Origin: Acidimicrobiales bacterium
GTDB lineage: Bacteria; Actinomycetota; Actinomycetes; Mycobacteriales; QHCE01
Length of the DNA: 64,000 nucleotides
NCBI GenBank assembly: GCA_003243955.1
Contig: QHCE01000024.1
Coordinates: 188-64,187, forward strand
Reading direction: 5' to 3'
Numbering within the stretch: position 1 is the stretch's first letter; every line of letters begins with the position of its first letter. A program made the position numbers and the translations under genes. Positions 28,473 through 37,258 of this stretch are shown here, piece by piece. The notes beneath the pieces were generated by a model. The model worked only from the letters and a program-made list of their open reading frames with translations, did no database searches and was not told the DNA's origin.

Positions 28473-28626
28473 TTCTCCTGAACCCCCAAGTAGCCGAAAG
28501 CAATTGAGGGCTGGCTAACAATAGCCGCCTCTTTGACTGCGACGAGCCCACTCCGCCTAGGCGACGGATGTGCTTTCAACGAGCGGATGTTGTTCTCGTG
28601 TTTATCGCTCAGTATAAATAGGGAGT

Positions 28627-29247
28627 TTAGCCAGTCGTCGGCCTCCGGTGCCCGAGGCTGCCTTGGGTAACTGGCCGCCCATGCGGTGGGCCAAAGCCCG
28701 CTGCTGGCTTTCCCGCTGTTTTTCGCCGGACCAGCGGCCCGAACGCGTTTCGCCGCGCTGCATCGTTGTTATTCAACTCGGTTTCGATAAGCGAGAAAAC
28801 CGTTCCATCCAGTTCGCGGTCAGCCGCGACCAGGACATATTGTCGCTGTAATTCTTCAGGATTATCTATCTGCGGCCCATTTCGAGTTAAAATGGCGCAC
28901 GAATTCCATGGCCGGCTCCACCCACTCGAAGCAGGAAATACTGTTTTTGTTTCACCTTGGCCTTGGTATAGATTTCGCGAAATGGCATCGCCGCCTTGAA
29001 GATACTCAAGGAGCCTGACGAGTTCGAGGTCAATACCCTCGTCCCCAGTTGAAAGCCCTGGAGCACGGATTCCGAGCATGCGAAAGCTCGGCAGTTCTCC
29101 CGCGTATGCCACCACAACTAAGTGGCTGTTGCTTCCAAGCTCAATGCCTTGGTCAGTTGGCGAGATTGGGATCGCTAGCCCCGCGATGCGTTGGGCCGTT
29201 GCATCGCTTAGTCCCTTGAGTACTTCCTCGCGAAACAGCTTGTTCAT
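28627..29247 (-). CDS. Hypothetical protein (low-GC cargo between the direct repeats)
   Basis: 206-aa ORF. No family recognised. Confidence 0.45.
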   Translation of the reverse strand: MNKLFREEVLKGLSDATAQRIAGLAIPISPTDQGIELGSNSHLVVVAYAGELPSFRMLGIRAPGLSTGDEGIDLELVRLLEYLQGGDAISRNLYQGQGETKTVFPASSGWSRPWNSCAILTRNGPQIDNPEELQRQYVLVAADRELDGTVFSLIETELNNNDAARRNAFGPLVRRKTAGKPAAGFGPPHGRPVTQGSLGHRRPTTG

Positions 29248-29351
29248 GTCTATAGGGTGTACCCCGACTCATGGCTTGAGGCTACTGCATCACCGCCGCC
29301 AGCCCTCGGCAAAGTCCTGGTTGGTGTGCCGCTAGTGGGACACAGCTAGCG

Positions 29352-29421
29352 CTGTGGATCTCTAGCGCGATGCTCGTAGCCGCCCTGGCACCTGACATAC
29401 CCCATGCTTTCCAAGCCACGT
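29352..29421 (+). repeat. Direct repeat copy B (decayed duplicate of the MFS 3' end)
   Basis: Aligns to 28383..28451 with 3 substitutions and a 1-nt insertion. It lies just downstream of the secA stop. Confidence 0.9.
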
Positions 29422-29436
29422 ACGCCATGCAAGCAC

Positions 29437-32292
29437 CTATACGGCCGCCACGCCAGGTGCACCGTGGCACTTTTTGTACTTCTTGCCCGACCCGCACGGG
29501 CATGGGGCGTTGCGCGCCGGATCGGCACTAACCCGCTGTGCCGCGACGGCTACCCGAGAGCTCGGACCAGCACCATTACTAAATGACGCACCCGCCGAAC
29601 TGGCATCTCCGTCCAAAGTTGGGGCCGAATACTGCAGATTGGCAGGTTGCCGCGCAGGCGCACCGAGCCCTTTGGCGCGGATCTCCCGGTGCTTGCGGGC
29701 GACCTCAGCAATCTCAGCAACATCAAGCACCCGGGTGGGATCGTCAAGCTCGGCATAGGCTTCGGCAGAGCCAGGTGCCTCTTCTATCTGCACTTCTAGC
29801 TTAAACAGGTACCGAACCGACTCCTCTTTTACGCCCTCTAGCAGCGCGCTAAACAAATCGAACGCCTCACGCTGGTATTCCACCAAGGGGTCCCGCTGAC
29901 CGTAACCCCGCAAAGTGATGCCATCACGCAGATAGTCCATCTCATACAGGTGCGCCCGCCATCTGCGGTCAAGCACCGTGAGCACTACCATGCGCTCAAG
30001 CTCCCGCAGCGCTTCTGGTCCCAGCTCCTTCTCACGCTCGTCATACGCGGCATGGATATCGTCATGCACTTGCTGAAGCAGAAATTCAGCATCTAGCGAC
30101 TCGCGGCCGCCGATGTCGGATTCAACGTCCTGCACAGTAATAGAGATCGGGTACAACTGCTCCAACTGTGTCCACAGCTGATCAAGATTCCAGTCTTCGG
30201 CGTAACGTTCGGCTGTGGCGTTAGTGAGATAGTCGCCAACCACGTCATCAATCATGTTGCGAATCTGGCCCGACAAGTCCGCACCCTGCAGCACTTTGTC
30301 GCGCTCACCGTAGATGAGCATGCGCTGCTTGTTGTCGATCTCGTCGTATTTGAGCACGTTCTTGCGAGTCTCGGCGTTGAGCTGCTCCAACTGTGTCTGA
30401 GCCCCCTGAATCTGACGGCTCACCATCCTTGACTCAATCGGCACGTCATCGGCCATACGCAGACCGTTCATTACTGCCTCGACCGCGCCAGAATTGAACC
30501 TGCGCATCAACTCGTCCTGGAGTGACAAGTAGAAACGAGACTCGCCCGGGTCGCCTTGCCTACCGGAGCGGCCACGCAGCTGGTTGTCGATCCGGCGAGA
30601 ATCGTGCCGTTCCGTGCCTAGTACGTACAGGCCGCCGGCATCCAGAACGTCCCGCTCAGCGGCCTTACGGAGCTGCTTGGCCCGCACCACCGCGGCTTCC
30701 CACTCAGCTTGATAGGTTTCCGGGTCCGTTTCGGAAGTGATTCCACGTTGCCGCAGCTGTCCCGCGGCCGTGTACTCCGGATTACCACCCAGCATGATGT
30801 CGGTACCCCGACCAGCCATGTTGGTTGCCACAGTCACAGCTCGCGGGCTCCCGGCCTGCGCAATGATCTCGGCTTCCTTGGAGTGGTTCTTGGCATTGAG
30901 CACCTCGTGCTTGACGCCGCGGCGGACCAGCATGCTCGAGAGCAGCTCGGACTTCGCCACGCTCGTGGTACCTACAAGCACCGGCTGATCAGCGGCATGG
31001 CGCTCCACGATGTCTTCAACCACCGCGGTAAACTTGGCCTTCTCAGTCTTGTAAATCACGTCCGACTGATCAATACGCACCATTGGCAGATTGGTCGGAA
31101 TCGAAACCACGCCAATGTCGTAGGTCTTTTGGAACTCTGCCGCCTCGGTCATGGCGGTACCGGTCATTCCGGCAAGTTTCTGATAGAGCCGGTAGTAGTT
31201 TTGCAGCGTGATGGTGGCCAGCGTCTGGTTCTCTTCCTTGATTCGGACGCCTTCTTTGGCCTCAATGGCCTGGTGCATACCTTCGTTGAAGCGCCGACCG
31301 GCGAGCACCCGACCGGTGAACTCGTCCACGATGAGTACCTCACCGTCGGTGACTATGTAGTCTTTGTCGCGCTTGAACAGCTCCTTGGCCTTGAGCGCGT
31401 TGTTCATGTAGCTGATCAGCGGCGTGTTAGCGGCTTCATACAGGTTGTCGATGCCCAGCTGGTTCTCCACCTTGGCCACACCTACCTCGGTGATGCCAAT
31501 CATGCGCTTGGCTTCGTCGACTTCGTAGTCGACATCGCGCTTGAGCTTGGGCACCATCCGTGCGAACTCCGTATACCACTTGCCCGACTGTTCCACCGGG
31601 CCGGAGATGATCAGCGGCGTGCGCGCCTCGTCGATGAGGATCGAGTCAACCTCGTCCACAATCGCGAACACATGACCCCGCTGCACCATCTCGCTCTTAG
31701 ACCAGGCCATTTTGTCGCGGAGAAAATCGAACCCGAATTCATTATTCGTGCCGTAAGTGATGTCGCAACTGTATTGGCTCCGACGATGTTCGGGCGGTTC
31801 GTTGGCCAAAATTACGCCGGTCTCCAAGCCCATGAAGCGATGCACCCGCCCCATGGTTTCGGCGTCACGAGCGGCCAGATAATCGTTTACCGTCACAACG
31901 TGCACCCCATCGCCAGACAGTGCGTTGAGGTAAGCGGTCGGAACGCAGGTGAGAGTTTTGCCCTCACCAGTCTTCATCTCGGCGATATTGCCAAAGTGCA
32001 ACGCCGCCGCGCCCATCAGCTGCACGTCATAATGGCGCTGGCCGAGCACGCGGCTGGCGGCCTCTCGAACGGCGGCAAAAGCTTCGGGTAATAGATCGTC
32101 GAGGGTCTCACCATCGCCGTAACGCTGCTTGAACTCATCTGTGAGCGCGCGCAGCTCCGCATCGGTAAAGTCAGCGAACTCATGCTCAAGCTCGTTCACC
32201 GCGTCCGCGATGCCCTTTAAGCGGCGGATGGTGCGACCTTCGCCTATGCGAAGAACCTTTTCCAGAAACACAGCGGATGCCTCTCGTGCCAC
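29437..32292 (-). CDS. secA: Preprotein translocase ATPase SecA
   Basis: 951 aa with MKTGEGKTL Walker A, a [19 protein letters not shown] motif, and a C-terminal zinc motif [17 protein letters not shown] start. Confidence 0.95.
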   Translation of the reverse strand: MAREASAVFLEKVLRIGEGRTIRRLKGIADAVNELEHEFADFTDAELRALTDEFKQRYGDGETLDDLLPEAFAAVREAASRVLGQRHYDVQLMGAAALHFGNIAEMKTGEGKTLTCVPTAYLNALSGDGVHVVTVNDYLAARDAETMGRVHRFMGLETGVILANEPPEHRRSQYSCDITYGTNNEFGFDFLRDKMAWSKSEMVQRGHVFAIVDEVDSILIDEARTPLIISGPVEQSGKWYTEFARMVPKLKRDVDYEVDEAKRMIGITEVGVAKVENQLGIDNLYEAANTPLISYMNNALKAKELFKRDKDYIVTDGEVLIVDEFTGRVLAGRRFNEGMHQAIEAKEGVRIKEENQTLATITLQNYYRLYQKLAGMTGTAMTEAAEFQKTYDIGVVSIPTNLPMVRIDQSDVIYKTEKAKFTAVVEDIVERHAADQPVLVGTTSVAKSELLSSMLVRRGVKHEVLNAKNHSKEAEIIAQAGSPRAVTVATNMAGRGTDIMLGGNPEYTAAGQLRQRGITSETDPETYQAEWEAAVVRAKQLRKAAERDVLDAGGLYVLGTERHDSRRIDNQLRGRSGRQGDPGESRFYLSLQDELMRRFNSGAVEAVMNGLRMADDVPIESRMVSRQIQGAQTQLEQLNAETRKNVLKYDEIDNKQRMLIYGERDKVLQGADLSGQIRNMIDDVVGDYLTNATAERYAEDWNLDQLWTQLEQLYPISITVQDVESDIGGRESLDAEFLLQQVHDDIHAAYDEREKELGPEALRELERMVVLTVLDRRWRAHLYEMDYLRDGITLRGYGQRDPLVEYQREAFDLFSALLEGVKEESVRYLFKLEVQIEEAPGSAEAYAELDDPTRVLDVAEIAEVARKHREIRAKGLGAPARQPANLQYSAPTLDGDASSAGASFSNGAGPSSRVAVAAQRVSADPARNAPCPCGSGKKYKKCHGAPGVAAV

Positions 32293-32324
32293 GAAACAAT
32301 GTCACTTAAGACACCTATGGTATG

Positions 32325-32376
32325 TCGAAGCCCAAAAGCAAAGTCAGCGACCGCCGATACCGGCGGCCGCTGACTT
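32325..32376 (-). terminator. Intrinsic-terminator-like hairpin (hpf side) just upstream of secA
   Basis: On the minus strand, AAGTCAGCG...CGCTGACTT forms a GC-rich stem followed by TGCTTTTGGG. Confidence 0.45.
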
Positions 32377-32383
32377 CTCTCTA

Positions 32384-32596
32384 GGCAAGACGACGAGAAC
32401 GCAAGTAGGCAAATGCCTACTGATAGGTCCCTGCCAAGGCCGCAGGAGCCGCCGCGTGCAAAACGACGTGGAAAGGCGGCTCAAGAACAGTGAAACGCCG
32501 GCAGGCAATACCCGATAGGGTCCCTGCCAAGGCCACAGGAGCCGCCGCCTACGAAGGTAGGCAAGGCGACGAGAACGCCGGCAGGGACCCTATCGG
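32384..32596. repeat. Nested direct and inverted repeat cluster in the hpf-secA spacer
   Basis: Module Y (GATAGG(G)TCCCTGCCAAGGCC(G/A)CAGGAGCCGCCGC) occurs at 32422 and 32514. Module X (GGCAAG(A/G)CGACGAGAACGC) occurs at 32384 and 32560. A perfect 17-bp inverted repeat pairs 32512..32528 with 32580..32596. Confidence 0.85.
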
Positions 32597-33361
32597 CTAG
32601 CTTTCCAGGCTTAGCACGCCGTAGTTGTAGCCCTTACGCCGATATACCACGCTGGGAAGGCTAGTGTCTACGTCGCTGAACAAGTAAAAATCGTGTCCTA
32701 CCAGCTCCATTTCAAAAAGAGCCTGATCAACCGTCATAGGCTTCGCGGTGTGCTCCTTATTCCGCACTACCTGACCCGGAAACGAGTGGTCAACGCCACT
32801 AACCTCCATTTCGGAGCTTCCGTCGTCTTCAAAGCGGAGGCTTTGCAGGCTGTCCCAGCTATCGTTGGCGGCAACTGAGTCACTGTTCTCGATACCCACT
32901 CGCTGCCGAGGCAGCGAAATGACACTGTCCAGATAACCTGGCCCGGCAGCTGCCTGAGCCAAGCTTGCGGTAGCCGCCGACACCGACACCGGTGTACGCC
33001 GACCACGGTGGATACGGCGGCGATCAGCTGCCCGGCGAAGTCTCCCCTCAAGCTTTGCGGCTGCCTTATCGAGCGCGGAATAGAAATCGCCAGCGCATGA
33101 CTCGCTGCGGATTACCGGACCACGGGACCTGCAGGTCAGCTCGATGCGTTGGCACGTATGCGATTGACGAGGATTGGGCTCGTGAAAGAGCTCTACATCT
33201 ACGCGAAACAGCTTGCTGTCGTAACGCATAAGCCGGGCAAGTTTGTCTGCCACGTGCTCGCGATAATGCTCGGGTACCTCGACATTACGTCCGGTGACAG
33301 TGATCTGGACTGGACTGCTTGTATCAGTGATCGCAACTGCTGCGTCGGTGTCAGTGTGCAT
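32597..33361 (-). CDS. hpf: Ribosome hibernation promoting factor (long form)
   Basis: VQITVTGRNVEVPEHYREHVADKL is the N-terminal S30AE domain, with a C-terminal dimerisation domain. GGAGG lies 6 nt upstream of the ATG at 33361. Confidence 0.9.
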   Translation of the reverse strand: MHTDTDAAVAITDTSSPVQITVTGRNVEVPEHYREHVADKLARLMRYDSKLFRVDVELFHEPNPRQSHTCQRIELTCRSRGPVIRSESCAGDFYSALDKAAAKLEGRLRRAADRRRIHRGRRTPVSVSAATASLAQAAAGPGYLDSVISLPRQRVGIENSDSVAANDSWDSLQSLRFEDDGSSEMEVSGVDHSFPGQVVRNKEHTAKPMTVDQALFEMELVGHDFYLFSDVDTSLPSVVYRRKGYNYGVLSLES

Positions 33362-33636
33362 GGCGTACCTCCACAATATTCGCTAACTGCTAGGGCAAAC
33401 CACTGGGCTGAATTCAGGTTGCATACGGGCTACATAGTGTTCTCAGTCCCGGTGGTCAATCGCTATACGTGCTCCCTTCATTGAAGTAAGGAACTACAAC
33501 CCAGCGCTTGCAGCAGCTGGGTTCCGTCACCACAAGATAGCCGAAGATAGGTGGATGATCTAGCACTGACGGTAACGCCTTCAGCAGTCAGAGTCACCCC
33601 TTCGCGCGGGAAATTTTCTACAACACCCGGCAGCTC

Positions 33637-34353
33637 TTAGCTCACCGCCGCCAGCGCTACCGCCCCAACAACGTGGCATCCAAGGCCTCGCAACGTGCCG
33701 GCGGCCTCGGCTAATGTGGCCCCGCTAGTTACGACATCGTCTACTACGAGCACCGAAACCCCGTCCGTCAAAGGTAGCCCGCGACGCGGCACGAATCGGC
33801 CACGAATGTTGCTACGGCGAGCCACAGCACTCAAACCCAGTGAGTCTCTTGCGCCCGGAACAGCCCTCAGCATCGAAGAAACTCCAACAGGCTGCCTCAC
33901 ATGTACGTGGCGCAGTGCCGCGGCTACCAGCGGACGCAGATGATCGCCGCCTCGATGTCGCCGAGCAGCTCGGCTGGACGGAACGGGCACCAACAACACC
34001 CGCTCATTTGCTGGCAAGTTCTGCAAAGCCGCAGATAAACCGATGGCGAGCATGGGTGCAAGCACACAAAGTAATCGCCGCCGGTTGTGCTCCTTGTACG
34101 CCAAGAGCACGCTGCGCAGCACTCCAGCGTAGGCGGATGCGGCGATACACGTAGGAAACCCTGGTGGTGGATGTGCTGGGTGAGCGCGCCGCGGCGCCGC
34201 GCGGCATGCCGACGCACAGCCTAGACACAACAAACCACCTGACCGGCTGCAGGAGACGCAGTATGCGGGCAGCATAAGGTCCGCTGCCACTCTGAGTAGC
34301 TCGGCATTCAAAGCGGCGAAGTTAGACATAGAAAAGCCAGGTGCGCTATTCAT
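33637..34353 (-). CDS. comF: ComF-family phosphoribosyltransferase-like protein
   Basis: N-terminal Cys cluster (CVSCSRSGGLLCLGC) and PRTase motif VLVVDDVVTSGATL. Confidence 0.8.
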   Translation of the reverse strand: MNSAPGFSMSNFAALNAELLRVAADLMLPAYCVSCSRSGGLLCLGCASACRAAPRRAHPAHPPPGFPTCIAASAYAGVLRSVLLAYKEHNRRRLLCVLAPMLAIGLSAALQNLPANERVLLVPVPSSRAARRHRGGDHLRPLVAAALRHVHVRQPVGVSSMLRAVPGARDSLGLSAVARRSNIRGRFVPRRGLPLTDGVSVLVVDDVVTSGATLAEAAGTLRGLGCHVVGAVALAAVS

Positions 34354-34428
34354 AGCAACAGCCTGTCAGCAGGGTACGACAAGGCGCCCGAGTGCGCACC
34401 ATTTTCTCGGTTTAGTCAGTGAGTTCCG

Positions 34429-34599
34429 TTATCGAGCGGGGCTGGTTGAAGTTGCAGGAGTTTTTTCAGGCACCGGTACCGGACCGCTATCATCGGGTAT
34501 GGTTCCGCAGCCAGCAAGCACTGTTAACGCAGCTAACAGCACCACCAGAGCGTACGCGCGGCACAGCGGTTGAGATGCCCGCGCCGCCCATGCCCTCAC
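34429..34599 (-). pseudogene. lpqB: LpqB N-terminal remnant: 56-codon lipoprotein-signal ORF coupled to mtrB
   Basis: Below the track's length cut-off. The GTG at 34599 overlaps the mtrB TGA as GTGA. It reads MRAWAARASQPLCRAYALVVLLAALTVLAGCGTIPDDSGPVPVPEKTPATSTSPAR-stop, with lipobox LAGC, then the comF upstream region follows. Confidence 0.55.
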
Positions 34600-36368
34600 T
34601 GCCGCACTCCCATGCCTCGAGCCGCAGCAGCAGTACCCGACTCATCCACAGTGTCCTCCGCCAGCTCGTCGGGGACTGCGCTTGTGAAATCAACAAAGGT
34701 CAGCATTCCCAGATCCGAGCCTGCTTGAGCTGCGGCAGGCGGCGACTGCGGTAATCCGTCGCTAGACATGACAGCGTCAGGTATCGCGTCCTCAGGCACC
34801 AAAGGTAGCGGGGAACTCTCGAGCACGCCCCCGGCGTGTCGAGGCAGCGTTAAACGGAACTGAGCACCTTGACCTCGCTGGCCCCACGCCTGTAACCACC
34901 CACGATGCAAACGAGTGTCTTCCAACGCAATGGACAGCCCGAGCCCCGTTCCCCCCGTGTGCCGGGCCCGTGATGGGTCCCCGCGCCAAAACCGATGGAA
35001 TACCGCCTCATATTCGTGCGGAGCCAGACCCACACCGTAATCGCGTACGGTGACAGCGACCGCATGCCGATCTGCCATCAGAGTCATCCGAACCACCGGT
35101 TCCTGCCCTATAGAAGTCGGCTCATCAGATGTCGCAACAGCCCGCCCATACTCGACAGCGTTACTGACTAAGTTTGCAATGATGCGCGCCACCCTTCTGG
35201 AGTCGAGCTCACAGACCACCGGATGCGCAGGTGCGTCTAACGCAATACGCACTCCAACACCGCTGGCAAATGCCGATAGCGAGCGTTGAGCCTGCCGAAG
35301 TAGCTCCACTACATCCGTTGGTTCAGGTTCCAGCACGGCAAATCCGCCGTCGTACCGGCTGATCTCCAATAGGTCGGCGAGCAGAGCTTGGAAATGCTCA
35401 ACCTGATCGTGTAAAAGCTCAGCACTACGTGCGACCTCGCCGCGAAACTCCCCACGAGCCCGATGCAGCACATCAGTCGCCATCTGAATTGTGGTCAGCG
35501 GCGTGCGCAATTCATGAGATACATCCGAAGTGAAACGACGCTGTAGGTTGGAGTAGCGCTCCAGCTGCATAATCTGCTGCTGCAGACTTTCGGCCATCTG
35601 ATTGAACGCTCTGCCTAGCCTGGCGACCTCGTCCTCACCATGCACCGGCATGCGCTCGGTGAGGACACCCGCGGAAAGGCGCTCGGCAGTGCGCGCCGCC
35701 GCAGAAACTGGGCGCACCACCATCCGCACCACGCCGAAGGCAATACCACCCAACGCAAGCACCAGTAGGACGCCCACGCCAAAGGTCACATGTCGTACCA
35801 GTGCCACTGAGTCAACCTGACCATCCAGCGGAAAAAAATAGTACAGGTTCACCAACCCCGCCCGGGTTGACACCGGCGCGGCCATAGCAAGCACCGGGCG
35901 CGGCGGCTGACCGCCTAGCTTCATACTCACATACTGGTATCCCAGCACGTTTCGCGCATCCACCAGGGCGGTTAGCTCGGCAGGTGCCTGAAGCTCAGCG
36001 GGGCGGCCATTGGCGACATAGTGTTTTGGTAGTCCCGGATTACCGATCTCCACGGAGACTTCGAACAGCTTGGCCCGTTCACCACGATCTGAGAGGTTTG
36101 CCGTGACTTCCTTGAGCACCGCATCTGCTTTGGTCAGATCTCCGGCGCGCAGCTGCTGCAGGCGCTGCAGAGCGTAACTCCTGCCATCATTAACCTCTTC
36201 GATAGCGTAAGCGCGGTGAAACTGCACCATTCCACGTGAAATCTGCTCCACCATCAATATGCCTAAAACGGCCACGACAGCGCTAGAAATCAGCATAGTA
36301 AAAACCACAGCACGTAGCTGTAGTGATCTGCGCCACAAGCTTAATAGCTGACGCCATGATCTGTTCAC
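34596..36368 (-). CDS. mtrB: Sensor histidine kinase MtrB
   Basis: Two TM helices, a HAMP domain, an H-box FTSDVSHELRTPLT, and N/G boxes. The start is ambiguous: GTG at 36368 (8 nt after the mtrA stop) or ATG at 36467 inside mtrA. Confidence 0.85.
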   Translation of the reverse strand: MNRSWRQLLSLWRRSLQLRAVVFTMLISSAVVAVLGILMVEQISRGMVQFHRAYAIEEVNDGRSYALQRLQQLRAGDLTKADAVLKEVTANLSDRGERAKLFEVSVEIGNPGLPKHYVANGRPAELQAPAELTALVDARNVLGYQYVSMKLGGQPPRPVLAMAAPVSTRAGLVNLYYFFPLDGQVDSVALVRHVTFGVGVLLVLALGGIAFGVVRMVVRPVSAAARTAERLSAGVLTERMPVHGEDEVARLGRAFNQMAESLQQQIMQLERYSNLQRRFTSDVSHELRTPLTTIQMATDVLHRARGEFRGEVARSAELLHDQVEHFQALLADLLEISRYDGGFAVLEPEPTDVVELLRQAQRSLSAFASGVGVRIALDAPAHPVVCELDSRRVARIIANLVSNAVEYGRAVATSDEPTSIGQEPVVRMTLMADRHAVAVTVRDYGVGLAPHEYEAVFHRFWRGDPSRARHTGGTGLGLSIALEDTRLHRGWLQAWGQRGQGAQFRLTLPRHAGGVLESSPLPLVPEDAIPDAVMSSDGLPQSPPAAAQAGSDLGMLTFVDFTSAVPDELAEDTVDESGTAAAARGMGVRQ

Positions 36369-36376
36369 AGTGATGC

Positions 36377-37186
36377 CTAGCTCATCACTACATGGCGTTT
36401 CGCGGTGGCACTGTCTCTGGTGGCACTGTCTCTGGTGGCACTGTCGGTAGTGGCGCTGTCTGAGCAAGGATCCGATACACCTGCTGCCCTGCCCGTCCCC
36501 GCCTTATACCCCACGCCGCGCACGGTAAGCACAACTTGAGGATTTTCTGGATCCCGCTCCACTTTGGAGCGAAGTCGCTGTACATGCACATTGACTAACC
36601 GAGTGTCGGCCGCATGCCGGTAGCCCCATACCTGCTCGAGTAACAACTCCCGAGAAAACACCTGTCGCGGTTTACTGGCCAGCGCAACAAGCAGGTCAAA
36701 CTCTAACGGAGTCAGTGCTAAACGTTCGCCAGACCGGCTCACTTCATGGCCTGCGACATCGATCACAACAGGATCCTCCGGGGCTCCGATCTGGAACCGC
36801 TGAACCACTACCGATTCACGACTGCGCAGCCGAGCGCGAATGCGAGCAACGAGCTCCTTGGGACGAAAAGGTTTGACCACATAATCGTCGGCGCCCGACT
36901 CCAAGCCAAGCACCACATCGATGGTGTCGCTCTTGGCCGTGAGCATCACAATGGGCACACCGGACTCTTCCCGGATCGCTTTGCATACGTCAATGCCACT
37001 CATACCCGGCAGCATCAGGTCCAGTAAAACCAAATCTGGCTTGCTCTCCCGAAAAACTGTAAGCGCACGGTCACCGTTAGTCACAAAAATCGGGGCAAAT
37101 CCTTCGCTCCGAAGCACGATGCCAAGCATTTCCGCCAACGCGGGATCATCGTCGACTACTAAGACTCGCAATGTCATGCATGACAT
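36377..37186 (-). CDS. mtrA: Response regulator MtrA (OmpR family) with an unusual repeat-containing C-terminal tail
   Basis: RVLVVDDDPALAEML...DLMLPGMSG is the receiver domain and VLTVRGVGYKAG ends the wHTH. About 40 extra residues follow, including DSATT/DSATR/DSATR/DSATA. Confidence 0.9.
   Translation of the reverse strand: MSCMTLRVLVVDDDPALAEMLGIVLRSEGFAPIFVTNGDRALTVFRESKPDLVLLDLMLPGMSGIDVCKAIREESGVPIVMLTAKSDTIDVVLGLESGADDYVVKPFRPKELVARIRARLRSRESVVVQRFQIGAPEDPVVIDVAGHEVSRSGERLALTPLEFDLLVALASKPRQVFSRELLLEQVWGYRHAADTRLVNVHVQRLRSKVERDPENPQVVLTVRGVGYKAGTGRAAGVSDPCSDSATTDSATRDSATRDSATAKRHVVMS
36404..36463. repeat. 15-bp tandem repeat, 4 units
   Basis: GGTGGCACTGTCTCT occurs twice perfectly, followed by GGTGGCACTGTCGGT and AGTGGCGCTGTCTGA. 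Confidence 0.95.
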
Positions 37187-37258
37187 GGTGTCACCCCTGT
37201 CCGCGGTTGCGATGACCCCCCTGACGATTTTTCGCATATGCGACAACCAAAGGTGATG

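Noticed and set aside
34419-34754. 111-aa plus-strand ORF filling the mtrB-comF gap.
   Set aside because: It overlaps the 3' end of mtrB in antisense and has no recognisable features. The minus-strand lipoprotein stub, coupled to mtrB by GTGA, explains the spacer better.
36404-36463. Possible CRISPR array, considered for the 15-bp tandem repeat here and the 63-bp units at 45749..45874.
   Set aside because: There is no repeat-spacer architecture: the units are directly adjacent, number only 2-4, and no cas genes are present. No CRISPR array was seen anywhere in the window.
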